Of a DNA stretch of 64,000 nucleotides, positions 25,811 through 36,514 are shown piece after piece. How positions within the stretch are numbered: position 1 is the first letter of the stretch; the number at the start of each line of letters is the position of its first letter. The translations under genes and the position numbers were made by a program. The DNA is taken from NCBI RefSeq assembly GCF_963921235.1, contig NC_086097.1, positions 36,334,001-36,398,000 of the forward strand, in the 5' to 3' direction. This DNA comes from Mobula hypostoma (taxonomy: Eukaryota). The notes under the pieces were generated by a model. It did no database searches and had not been told where the DNA came from. It saw nothing but the letters and a program-made list of their open reading frames with translations.

Positions 25811-26699
25811 TTAGAACTTCTGTTCCATGACACTGATAATTCTCAGAAATTGTATATTCTTATTTCAGATTTATACATCATTTTGATTAGTTCTTTAGAA
25901 ACCAAGATTCTCAAGGTTCAAACTGGACAAGCCAACAATTAATGAAAAACACACAGTAACTTGGGTGTTCAGAACTGAATAACTGCAGACTTGAGAATAC
26001 AACACACCCAGAGTTTTGACATCAAATATATATTTTGGTAACGTTTACCGGATTCGATGTATTCTATTAATTTAGCAATGCGTTTAAGAATATATTAAGA
26101 CTTGCATCACCCAACAATAATCTCATTTTATTGAATATAAATAAGAACTAAATCTCTTCTCCAGCCATTCAACATTTTCTAAATTAAAGAATCTGAATCA
26201 TTCCCTGTTATAACTACAGTAGAAACAGTTAGAACAAATAGCCCATTTTCCCCAAATGAACGAAACACAGGTATATCTGTGATTTTTGATACCATTCATT
26301 CTGAGTGGTCACTGTAATTTAGTCTGTTAGTGTGTAGTAGATTGTTGCGAATGCGGGAAAAGATTACCGAATAAATTAGCAAGAAAATGGGATTGTCCTG
26401 TGAACTGGCATAGACTCAATGGGCCAAAATCGTCTCTTACGTCGAACGGAAGCATAATCAGATTTACAACTACCCAGAAAACAAACGTTCGTGGGTTTTA
26501 AAGCCACTACAAGCAACCCGTGTAATTAAATATAATTTCACCGTGATCACCACGACATTTCACCAAATTACATATTTACGCACGTGTCCCAAACACTGAC
26601 AAATCCATCAGACAATAACGCAAAATCGCACTTGCTTACAACTCAAAAATTCAGCAGGACAGTAAGAGAAAGCAAAACCTGAAAACTGAGGGAGACAGC

Positions 26700-27620
26700 G
26701 CTTTCCATCACAAACTTTCAGATCGAGTGAAGGTGACCCATTATCCCGGGCCCGACCAAAAGCACATTGCAAAGACAACATCGAGCTAATCCTTTAATCG
26801 AAGCGGTCCAAGGTCAACCGAGAGAGGACCAGGCAGCGGCGGCCGCACAGAATCCTCCAGCACACCCCTACCCCCATCCCCCGGCGCCCAGTCCAGGCCG
26901 CAGTCCAGCTCCGCTCAGACTCGACTTCACAAAATGGCGACGTGGGGCCTGAGGCGAGTTCCAGCTGCAACTCTCACTGCTGGCAATCAGAGGAGACGCT
27001 GGCTGCGGACGGCTCACCGATCCATCCACAGGTAGCAGCCAACCAGCCGGCCGGCCGGTCACGGTCAGCTCCACCACGTTCCGCCGATCACGGGCACACT
27101 CACCCCTTCTTCTCGCCGCCGACTTGCATCGCGTTATTGTCCTCGCAGCTCCCTCCTTGATCCCTTCTACCGCGGCCGGACACGGGAACGCCGGATAAAG
27201 GCTCCAGCCGGCTGATCGACCTCCAACGCTCTCACTCGCTGCCGGAAAGTGGTCTCACACGTTACCGGTGGTACGTCAAACCGGATGTCTTTCTCCAGAC
27301 ACAACACAGAATGGCGGCTCCCAAGTTACAACCAGCACCAACTTTTCTTTCGCTCGCTCTACGTGCCCGCGCACGAGCTCGCTCCCGCGGACACACACAC
27401 ACACACCCTCCACGCCACCCGCTGACATCACCATTGCGCAGCCACTCGCGCGACAGCCTGGCGTCACCGCCCCCCCCTCGCCCGCCAGTTACGTCACTCC
27501 GCGTGCCGGGAGCCCCATTTGCGAGCCGGTTGCACTCGAGTGCTTGCGGTCACGGGGTGCGTGATTCGCAGTGTTTCACTCGTGTTAGTTTCCCTTTCTC
27601 GCTCCCTCGATGCTACCTGA
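26700..27620 (-). promoter_or_regulatory. CpG-island promoter and 5' UTR of HIF1A
   Basis: The only strongly GC- and CpG-rich non-repeat stretch in the window; surrounds exon 1. GC box CCGCCC 27467-27472, CRE-like TTACGTCA 27489-27496, HRE core TACGTG 27360-27365, YY1-like ATGGCG at ~26934 and ~27311, (AC)n at 27391-27406. Confidence 0.85.
27104..27129 (-). CDS. HIF1A: HIF1A coding exon 1 (MQVGGEKK G-), followed by a 21.7-kb intron 1
   Basis: Minus strand reads gcgATG CAA GTC GGC GGC GAG AAG AAG GG|gtgagt, a consensus donor inside the CpG island. The phase-2 end joins exon 2 in frame (GG+A GGT AGC TCA GAG). The EKK end resembles other HIF-alpha first exons. Confidence 0.85.
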
Positions 27621-27676
27621 CCAGCAACTTCTGCGTTTATTTCAGAAGTGAAGAAAATGCTGACTTAAATGTTATT

Positions 27677-28590
27677 TCAGAATCAGGTTTATTATCACCG
27701 CCATGTGTTGTGAGATGTGTTAACTTAGCAGCAGCAGTTCAATATATAATGTAGAAGAAGAAAACCTAAATAAATAAATCAATTACAGTATACGTATAAT
27801 GAATTGATTAAAAACCGTGCAAAAACAGAAATAATATGCATTAAAAGAGTGAGGTAGTGTTCACGGGATCAATGTTCACAGGAATGGGATGGCAGAGAGG
27901 AAGAAGCTGTTCCTGAATCGCTGAGTGTGTGCCTTCAGGCTTCTGTATCTCCTACCTGATGGTAACAGTGAGAAAAGGGCATGCCCTGGGTGCTGGAGGT
28001 CCTTAATAATGGGCACTGCCTTTCTGAGACACCGCTCCCTGAAGATGTCCTGGGTACTTCGTAGACTAGTACCCAAGATGGAGCCGACTAAACTTAATGA
28101 CCCTCTGCAGTTTCTTTCAGCCCTGTGCAGTAGCCCCCACCCCCCCACCCCCCATAGCAGATAGTGATGTAGTCTGTCAGAATAGTCTCCAGGGTACATC
28201 TAGAGAAGTTTGAGTGTTTTTGTTGACATACGAAATCTCTTCAAACTCCTAATAAAGCATAGACGTTGTCTTGCCTTCTTTCTAGCTGCATCGATATGTT
28301 GAGACCAGGCTAGGTCCTCAGAGATCTTGACACCCAGGAACTTGGAACTGCTCACTCTCTCCACTTCTGATCCCTCTACGAGGATTGGTATGTGTTCCTT
28401 CGTCTTACCCTTCCTGAAGTCCACAATCAGCTCTTTCGTCTTACTGACGTTGAGAGCCAGGTTGTTGCTGCGGCACCACTCCACTAGTTGGCATATCTCA
28501 CTCCTGTACGCCCTCTCATCACCACCTGAGATTCTACCAACAATGGTTGTATCGTCAGCAGATTTGTAGATAGTATTTTAGCTATGCCAC
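27677..28590 (-). mobile_element. Rex1/Babar-type LINE 3' part abutting the HIF1A promoter
   Basis: WCRSNNLALNVSKTKELIVDFRK...KFLGVKISEDL...RFRNSFF; AATAAA plus (gattct) tail at ~27680. Confidence 0.9.
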
Positions 28591-29600
28591 ACTTTATTAG
28601 TAATACTATTTATTAATAAAATAGTAATACTATTTTAGTATTTTACACTTGTCTACATTAAATTCCATCTGCCATTTTCTGGCCCAATTTTCCAGTTGGT
28701 CCAGATCCCTCTGCAAGTTTTGAAAGCCTTCTTTGCTGTCCACAACGCCTCCAAACTTAGTGTCATCAGCAAACTTGCTGATGCAATTTACCACATTATT
28801 ATCTAGATCATTGATATAGACAACAAACAACAATGGTCCTAGCACAGATCCTTGAAGCACACCACTAGTCACAGGCCTCCAGTCTGAGAAGCAATCATCC
28901 ACTACCACTCTGTCTTCTCCCACACAGCCAATTTCGAATCCAGTTTACAACCTCTCCATGGATACCTAGTGTCTGAACCTTCTGAACTAACCTCCCATGT
29001 GGGACCTTGTCAAAGGCTTTACTAAAGTCCATGTAGACAACATCCACAGCCTTTCCTTCATCTACTTTCTTGGTAACTTCCTCAAAAAACTCTACAAGAT
29101 TCGTTAAACACGATCTACCATGCACAAAGCCATGCTGACTATCCTTAATCAGCCCTTGGCTGTCCAAATACTTGTATATCCGATCTCTCAGAACACATTC
29201 CAATAATTTACCTACTACTGATGTCAGGCTCACCGGCCTGTAATTACCTGGTTTACTTTTGGAGCCTTTTTTTATACAACAGAACAACATGAGCCACCCT
29301 CCAATCCTCCGGCACCATACCTGTGGCTAAGGACATTTTAAATATTTCTGCCAGAGCCCCTGGAATTTTTACACTAGTTTTTCTCAAGGTCCGAGGAAAT
29401 ATCATGTCAGGCCCGGGGGATTTGTCTCCCCTTATTCGCTGTAAGGCAGCAAGCACCTCTTCCTTTTTAAACCTCTATATATTCCATGACGCTACTGCTT
29501 GTTTCCCTTCCTTCCATATACGCTATGCCAGTTTCCTGAGTAAATACTGATGCAAAAAAATTGTTTAAGATTTACCCCATCTTATGAGGCTCCACACATA

Positions 29601-32600
29601 ACCAGTGCAGAGAGAACCAGTGCAGAGAGACAGAGGGGTGTAAAGTGAGCGTAGAAGCAAAAAGTACAAAGGGGAAAAGTAAAAGTGGCAGGCCGACAAA
29701 TCCAGGGCAAGCATTAAAAAGGGCTAAGAGAGTTGTAAAAGAGTGCCTGAAGGCTTTATGTGTCAATGCAAGGAGCATTCGTAATAAGGTGGATGAATTG
29801 AAAGTGCAGATTGTTATTAATGATTATGATATAGTTGGGATCACAGAGACATGGCTCCAGGGTGACCAGGGATGGGAGCTCAACGTTCAGGGATATTCAA
29901 TATTCAGGAGGGATAGACACGAAGGAAGGGGAGGTGGGGTGGCGTTGCTGGTTAAAAAAGAGATTAACGCAATAGAAAGGAAGGACATAAGCCGGGAAGA
30001 TGTGGAATCGATATGGGTAGAGCTGCGTAACACTAAGGGGCAGAAGACGCTGGTGGGAGTTGTGTACAGGCCACCTAACAGTAGTAGTGAGGTCGGAGAT
30101 GGTATTAAACAGGAAATTAGAAATGTGTGCAATAAAGGAACAGCAGTTATAATGGGTGACTTCAATCTACATGTAGACTGGGTGAACCAAATTGGTAAAG
30201 GTGCTGAGGAAGAGGATTTCTTGGAATGTATGCGGGATGGTTTTTTGAACCAACATGTCGAGGAACCGACTAGAGAGCAGGCTATTCTGGACTGGGTTTT
30301 GAGCAATGAGGAAGGGTTAATTAGCGATCTTGTCGTGAGAGGCCCCTTGGGTAAGAGTGACCATAATATGGTGGAATTCTTCATTAACATGGAGAGTGAC
30401 GTAGTTAATTCAGAAACAAAGGTTCTGAACTTAAAGAGGGGTAACTTTGAAGGTATGAGACATGAATTAGCTAAGATAGACTGGCAAATGACACTTCAAG
30501 GATTGACGGTGGATATGCAATGGCAGGCATTTAAAGGTTGCATGGATGAACTACAACAATTGTTCATCCCAGTTTGGCAAAAGAATAAATCAAGGAAGGT
30601 AGTGCACCCGTGGCTGACAAGAGAAATTAGGGATAGTATCAATTCCAAAGAAGTAGCATACAAATTAGCCAGAGAAAGTGGCTCACCTGAGGACTGGGAG
30701 AAATTCAGAGTTCAGCAGAGGAGGACAAAGGGCTTAATTAGGAAGGGGAAAAAAGATTATGAGAGAAAACTGGCAGAGAACATAAAAACGGACTGTAAAA
30801 GCTTTTATAGATATGTAAAAAGGAAAAGACTGATAAAGACAAATGTAGGTCCCCTGCAAACAGAAACAGGTGAATTGATTATGGGGAGCAAGGACATGGC
30901 AGACCAATTGAATAATTACTTTGGTTCTGTCTTCACTAAGGAGGACATAAATAATCTTCCAGAAATAGTAAGGGACAGAGGGTCCAGTGAGATGGAGGAA
31001 CTGAGCGAAATACATGTTAGTAGGGAAGTGGTGTTAGGTAAATTGAAGGGATTGAAGGCAGATAAATCCCCAGGGCCAGATGGTCTGCATCCCAGAGTGC
31101 TTAAGGAAGTGGCCCAAGAAATAGTGGATGCATTAGTGATAATTTTTCAAAACTCGTTAGATTCTGGACTAGTTCCTGAGGATTGGAGGGTGGCTAATGT
31201 AACCCCACTTTTTAAAAAAGGAGGGAGAGAGAAACCGGGGAATTATAGGCCGGTTAGCCTAACGTCGGTGGTGGGGAAACTGCTGGAGTCAGTTATCAAG
31301 GATGTGATAACAGCACATTTGGAAAGCGGTGAAATGATCGGACAAAGTCAGCATGGATTTGTGAAAGGAAAATCATGTCTGACGAATCTCATAGAATTTT
31401 TTGAGGATGTAACTAGTAGAGTGGATAGGGGAGAACCAGTGGATGTGGTATATTTGGATTTTCAAAAGGCTTTTGACAAGGTCCCACATAGGAGATTAGT
31501 GTGCAAACTTAAAGCACACGGTATTGGGGGTAAGGTATTGGTGTGGGTGGAGAATTGGTTAGCAGACAGGAAGCAAAGAGTGGGAATAAACGGGACCTTT
31601 TCAGAATGGCAGGCGGTGACTAGTGGGGTACCGCAAGGCTCAGTGCTGGGACCCCAGTTGTTTACAATATATATTAATGACCTGGAAGAGGGAATTAAAT
31701 GCAGCATCTCCAAGTTTGCGGATGACACGAAGCTGGGTGGCAGTGTTAGCAGTGAGGAGGATGCTAAGAGGATGCAGGGTGACTTGGATAGGTTGGGTGA
31801 GTGGGCAAACTCATGGCAGATGCAATTTAATGTGGATAAATGTGAAGTTATCCACTTTGGTGGCAAAAATAGGAAAACAGATTATTATCTGAATGGTGGC
31901 CGATTAGGAAAAGGGGAGGTGCAACGAGACCTGGGTGTCATTATACACCAGTCATTGAAAGTGGGCATGCAGGTACAGCAGGCGGTGAAAAAGGCGAACG
32001 GTATGCTGGCATTTATAGCGAGAGGATTCGAGTACAGGAGCAGGGAGGTACTACTGCAGTTGTACAAGGCCTTGGTGAGACCACACCTGGAGTATTGTGT
32101 GCAGTTTTGGTCCCCTAATCTGAGGAAAGACATCTTTGCCATAGAGGGAGTACAAAGAAGGTTCACCAGATTGATTCCTGGGATGGCAGGTCTTTCATAT
32201 GAAGAAAGACTGGATGAACTGGGCTTGTACTCGTTGGAATTTAGAAGATTGAGGGGGGATCTGATTGAAACGTATAAGATCCTAAAGGGATTGGACAGGC
32301 TAGATGCAGGAAGATTGTTCCCGATGTTGGGGAGGTCTAGAACGAGGGGTCACAGTTTGAGGATAGAGGGGAAGCCTTTTAGGACCGAGGTTAGGAAAAA
32401 CTTCTTCACACAGAGAGTGGTGAATCTGTGGAATTCTCTGCCACAGCAAACTGTTGAGGCCAGTTCATTAGCTATGTTTAAAAGGAAGTTAGATATGGCC
32501 CTTGTGGCTACAGGGGTCAGGGGGTATGGAGGGAAGGCTGGGTTCTGAGTTGGATGATCAGCCATGATCATAATAAATGGCGGTGCAGGCTCGAAGGGCC

Positions 32601-32647
32601 GAATGGCCTACTCCTGCACCTATTTTCTATGTTTCTATGTTTCTATA
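29601..32647 (+). mobile_element. Young CR1 LINE, 5'-truncated at the ORF1/ORF2 junction
   Basis: Uninterrupted ORF2, CR1 3' UTR, (tttctatg)n tail, 3-bp ata duplication at the junctions. Confidence 0.97.
29645..32548 (+). CDS. CR1 ORF2: APE endonuclease plus reverse transcriptase, 967 aa, uninterrupted
   Basis: EN motifs NARS, GITETW, YRPP, GDFN, SDH; RT motifs KSPGPDG, YRPVSL, QHGF, DFQKAFD, PQGSVLGP, FADD, RDLGV. Confidence 0.95.
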   Translation: MSVEAKSTKGKSKSGRPTNPGQALKRAKRVVKECLKALCVNARSIRNKVDELKVQIVINDYDIVGITETWLQGDQGWELNVQGYSIFRRDRHEGRGGGVALLVKKEINAIERKDISREDVESIWVELRNTKGQKTLVGVVYRPPNSSSEVGDGIKQEIRNVCNKGTAVIMGDFNLHVDWVNQIGKGAEEEDFLECMRDGFLNQHVEEPTREQAILDWVLSNEEGLISDLVVRGPLGKSDHNMVEFFINMESDVVNSETKVLNLKRGNFEGMRHELAKIDWQMTLQGLTVDMQWQAFKGCMDELQQLFIPVWQKNKSRKVVHPWLTREIRDSINSKEVAYKLARESGSPEDWEKFRVQQRRTKGLIRKGKKDYERKLAENIKTDCKSFYRYVKRKRLIKTNVGPLQTETGELIMGSKDMADQLNNYFGSVFTKEDINNLPEIVRDRGSSEMEELSEIHVSREVVLGKLKGLKADKSPGPDGLHPRVLKEVAQEIVDALVIIFQNSLDSGLVPEDWRVANVTPLFKKGGREKPGNYRPVSLTSVVGKLLESVIKDVITAHLESGEMIGQSQHGFVKGKSCLTNLIEFFEDVTSRVDRGEPVDVVYLDFQKAFDKVPHRRLVCKLKAHGIGGKVLVWVENWLADRKQRVGINGTFSEWQAVTSGVPQGSVLGPQLFTIYINDLEEGIKCSISKFADDTKLGGSVSSEEDAKRMQGDLDRLGEWANSWQMQFNVDKCEVIHFGGKNRKTDYYLNGGRLGKGEVQRDLGVIIHQSLKVGMQVQQAVKKANGMLAFIARGFEYRSREVLLQLYKALVRPHLEYCVQFWSPNLRKDIFAIEGVQRRFTRLIPGMAGLSYEERLDELGLYSLEFRRLRGDLIETYKILKGLDRLDAGRLFPMLGRSRTRGHSLRIEGKPFRTEVRKNFFTQRVVNLWNSLPQQTVEASSLAMFKRKLDMALVATGVRGYGGKAGF

Positions 32648-33996
32648 GATGACCACTTTGATCTTCTAGGGGACCAATTTTGTCCCTTACTATCCTTTTA
32701 CTCTTAATATACTTATAGAAACCCTTGGGGTTTACCTTCACATTATCTGCCAAAGCAACCTCATGTCTTCTTTTTGCCTTCCTGATTTCCTTCTTTAGTA
32801 TTTTCCTACATTTTCGATACTCTTCAAGTACCTCATTTGTTCCTTGTTGCCTATGCCTGCTATACATCTCTCTCTTTTTCTTAACCAGATCACCAATATC
32901 CCTTGAAAACCAAGGTTCCCTATGCCTGTTAACTTTGCCTTTAATCCTGGCAGGAACATGCAAACTCTGCACTCTCAAAATTTTGCCTTTGAATGCCTTC
33001 CACTTACTGAACACATCCTTGCCGGAAAATAACTTATCCCAATCCACCCTTCCTAGATCCTTTCTCATTTCCACAGAATTGGCCCTTTTCCAATTTAGAA
33101 CCTCAACTCGGGGACCAGACCTATCCATGTCCATAATTAACTTGAAACTAATGACATTATGGACACTGGACCTAAAATGTTCACCTACACATACTTCTGT
33201 CACCTGACCTGTCTGGTTCCATAATAGGAGATCAAGTATTGCATCCTCTCTCATTGGTACCTCTATATATTGATTTAGAAAACATTCCTGAACACATTTG
33301 ACAGACTCCATGCCATCTAACCCTTTCATAGTGTGGGAGTCCCAGTCACACGTGGAAAGTTAAAATCCCCTACTATTACAACTTACTGTTTCTTACATCC
33401 ATCTGCTATCTCTCTACAGATTTGCTCCTCCAATTCTCTCTGACTATTGGGCTGTCTATAATACAACCCTATTAGTGTGGTCACACCTTTCCTGTTCCTC
33501 AGCTCCACCCATATGGCCTCTATAGACGAGCCCTCCGGGCTGTCCTGCCTACGCACAGCTGTGATATTCTCCCTGACTAATAATGCCACTCCTCCCCGTT
33601 TCATTCCTCCTCCTCTGTCACGTCTGAAACAACGGAAGCTCGGAACATTAAACTGCCAGTCCTGCCCCTCCTGCAGCCAAGTCTCACTAATAGCAATAAT
33701 GTCATAATCCCACGTGCTAATCCACACCCTAAACTCATCTGCCTTACCTACAATACTCAGTGCATTGAAATAGATGCACCTGAGAACATTTCTATCACGT
33801 ACAAACCTGTGATTTCTGTCTGTATATGCAGTCCTCGCATGACCTTTATCCTCCTCCACCTCACTATCTGCTCTAACATTCTGGTTCCCCTCCCCCTGCA
33901 AATCTAGTTTGAACACCCCAGAGCAGCATTAGCAAATCTACCCGGAAGGATGTTAGTCCCCTGTCAGAGTCCATGAGGAAGGGCATCATCACCCCA

Positions 33997-35300
33997 AACA
34001 CAAAATAATCTGCAGATGCTGGGATCAAAGCAACACTTTCAGTATGCTGGATGAACTCAGCAGGTCGGGCAGCATCAGTTAGAAACGATGAGTCGACGTT
34101 TCGGGCCGGAACCCTTCGTCAGGACTGAAGAACGAAAGATGGGGAAGGATTTGAAGAATGCTTGTAGCTTCAGTTGAAGACCAGTAATTTGAAAGACAAA
34201 GGGGTGGGGGAGGGGAAGCATTGACGTCATAGCCCTGAAAACAATGGGTAGTAGTAGAAGAAGAAGAAGAAGAAGGAGGCAGAACCATGAGGGAGTGGGG
34301 GGAGGAGGTAGAGTGAAATAGGGATAGAGGAAGGGAGGGGGAGGGAATTACCGGAAGCTGGAGAATTCTATGTTCATACCAAGGGGCTGGAGACTACCTA
34401 GACGGTATATGAGGCGTTGCTCCTCCAACCTGAGTTTAGCCTCATCATGGCAGTAGAGGAGGCCATGTATGGACATATCTGAATGGGAATGGGAAGTAGA
34501 GTTGAAGTGGGTGGCTACCAGGAGATCCTGTCTGTCTTGGCGGACGGAGTGGAGGTGCTTGACGAAGGGGTTCCCCAATCTGCGTCGGGTTTCACCGATG
34601 TAGAGTAGGCCACACCGGGAGCACCGGATGCAATAGATGACCCCAACAGACTAACAAGTGAAGTGTTGTCTCACCTGGAAGGACTGTTTGGGGCCCTGAA
34701 TGGTTGCAAGAGATGAGGTGTAGGGACAGGTGTAGCATTTACGCTTGCAGGGATAAGTGCCGGGTGGGAGATCAGTAGGGATGGACATGCGGATAAGGGA
34801 GTCGCGGAGGGACCAATCCCTGCGGAAAGCGGAGAGGGGTGGAAAGGGAAAGATGTGCTTAGTGGTGGGGTCCTGTTGAAGGTGGCGGAAGTTGCAGAGG
34901 ATATTGTGTTGGATCCGGAGGATGGTGGGGTGGTAGGTGAGGACAAGGGGAACTCTGTCCCTGTTGTGGTTGCGGGAGGATGGGGTGAGGGCCGAAGTGC
35001 GGGAAATGGAGGAGATACGGCTGAGGGCATCTTTGATAACGGTAGAAGGGAAACCACAATCCTTAAAGAAAGAGGACATTTGAGATGTCCTGGAATGGAA
35101 AGCCTCATCCTCGGAGCAGATGCGGCGGAGACGGAGGAACTGGGAATAGGGAATGGCATTTTTGCATGTGGTGGGGTGGGAAGAGGTATAGTCGAGGTAG
35201 TTATGAGAGTCAGTGGGCTTGTAGAAGATGTCAGTGGGCAGTCTGTCTCCAGAGATGGAGACTGAGACATCGAGAAAGGGGAGAGAAGTGTCCGAGAAGT
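33997..35300 (-). mobile_element. Penelope-like element (RT C-terminus, GIY-YIG endonuclease, terminal repeat)
   Basis: RVPLVLTYHP, PGTYPCKRKCYTC, the YIGET region and VATHFNS...LRLEEQRLIYRLG...GMNIEF; hammerhead motif in the 3' repeat. Confidence 0.93.
34091..34126 (-). ncRNA. Minimal type-I hammerhead ribozyme of the Penelope element
   Basis: AGUC-CUGACGA-AGGGUUCCGGCCC-GAAAC-GUC-GACU: both core motifs, stem I AGUC/GACU, stem II GGG/CCC, palindromic ACGU stem III and a GUC triplet. Confidence 0.8.
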
Positions 35301-35869
35301 CATTGTAAAATAACCAAATTTGGGAAGACAGGATATTTAGCGTTGAAAGGAGTTAAATGGAAAAGTCGGCTGGCAACCTGGATAAGTAAGTAGAGAGAAA
35401 GAAACTAGTAAGAAACTCTAATAGAATCAATTTGGTTGGTGCTAAGAAATAGCAAAGGGCAAAGGAGGATGAATTTGTGTTGTGCAATGAGACATTCTGA
35501 AGGAAATGTGTTCAACTGAAATATTAATTCATTCTCGCTCTCTCCTACTCCTCCCCTAACCTCACAGATGCTGAATATCAGCATTTCCTGGTTTAAAACA
35601 TCTACCGTCTTTTTTTCAAGGGAGGACATAATATTATACAATTTTATGTAAAGATTGAAAGTGATGTAATTTAATTTGAAATCAGGGTCTTAAACATGAA
35701 CAGATCTGTCTATGCAATGTTTATTGTTTTAAAAATAAAGGCAAATCCAACTAATGACAGTTGTCAGGGTTTTGTTCTATTTCCATTATTGGAAACATTT
35801 TTACTTGAATCTTATCGAATCAGTTATTCTCTTGCAGAAGAAGTCTGACAGTGACTTCAGACTAGCACA

Positions 35870-36490
35870 AAGCACCACTGTCACTTTCTTCAAAAATGGT
35901 GTCTCAGGTAGACAGGGTGGTGAAGTAAGCATTTGTCATGCATCTTCATTAGTTAGGGCATTAAGATTAGGAGTTGGGATGTCATGTTGTGGTTGTGTAA
36001 GATTTTGGTGAGGCGCACCAGAAGTACTGTGTATCATTTAAACCATTCCTTTATAGGAAAGATACAACTGGGATAGAGTGCAATTAAGATAGAGAATGTT
36101 ACAAGGACTAAACAGTCTAAATTATAGGCAGGTGTTTGGGATGCTAAGGTTTTATTTCTTGATGGATAGGAGACAGAGGCTGATCTTAAAGAGGTGTATA
36201 AAATTAAATCAGGATGGGCATGGACAGTGAATGCGCACAATCTTTCCTGGGAAAGGGAATGAGAAAGTAAAGGTCATCAATTACAGGTAAGAAGGAAAAG
36301 ATTTATAAGCGACCTGACAGGCAATTTCTTCATGCAGAGGTTGGTGCATATCTGGAACAAGCTGCTAGAGGAAGTGATTGGAGCATGAAAATTGGACAGG
36401 TATATGGATAGGAAAGATTTGGAGGGATATGAGCCAAGTGTGAGCAATTGGGACTAGGTTAGATGGCAACTTTGGAAAGCACAGACTGAC
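35870..36490 (+). mobile_element. Decayed CR1 3' fragment
   Basis: Remnant CR1 ORF2 C-terminus (gtgaggcgcaccagaagtactgtgt; tttcttcatgcagaggttggtg...tggaac). Confidence 0.75.
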
Positions 36491-36514
36491 ATATGATGTG
36501 AAATTTGTTGTTTA

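Larger units (their letters stand above)
28640..33960 (-). mobile_element. CR1 LINE host copy (end of ORF1, EN, RT), split by a younger CR1 at 29601-32647
   Basis: ORFs 33383-33916 (EN) and 32643-33329, then 29253-29456, 28895-29290 and 28630-28923 (RT). The frame EDQSGHL|CVEPHKMG is continuous across the insertion. Confidence 0.95.

Noticed and set aside
142..27129. The gene could be EPAS1/HIF2A or HIF3A
   Set aside because: Exons 3-6 carry HIF1A-type residues ([48 protein letters not shown]) and HIF1A exon lengths.
26767..27754. Several plus- and minus-strand ORFs in the CpG island, or an antisense gene
   Set aside because: Low-complexity Pro/Ala/Arg ORFs are expected in GC-rich DNA; no recognisable homology, and an antisense RNA cannot be shown from sequence alone.
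29887..32571. Minus-strand ORFs overlapping CR1 ORF2 (and similar shadow ORFs over other LINEs)
   Set aside because: Antisense shadows of RT/EN coding sequence with no independent features.
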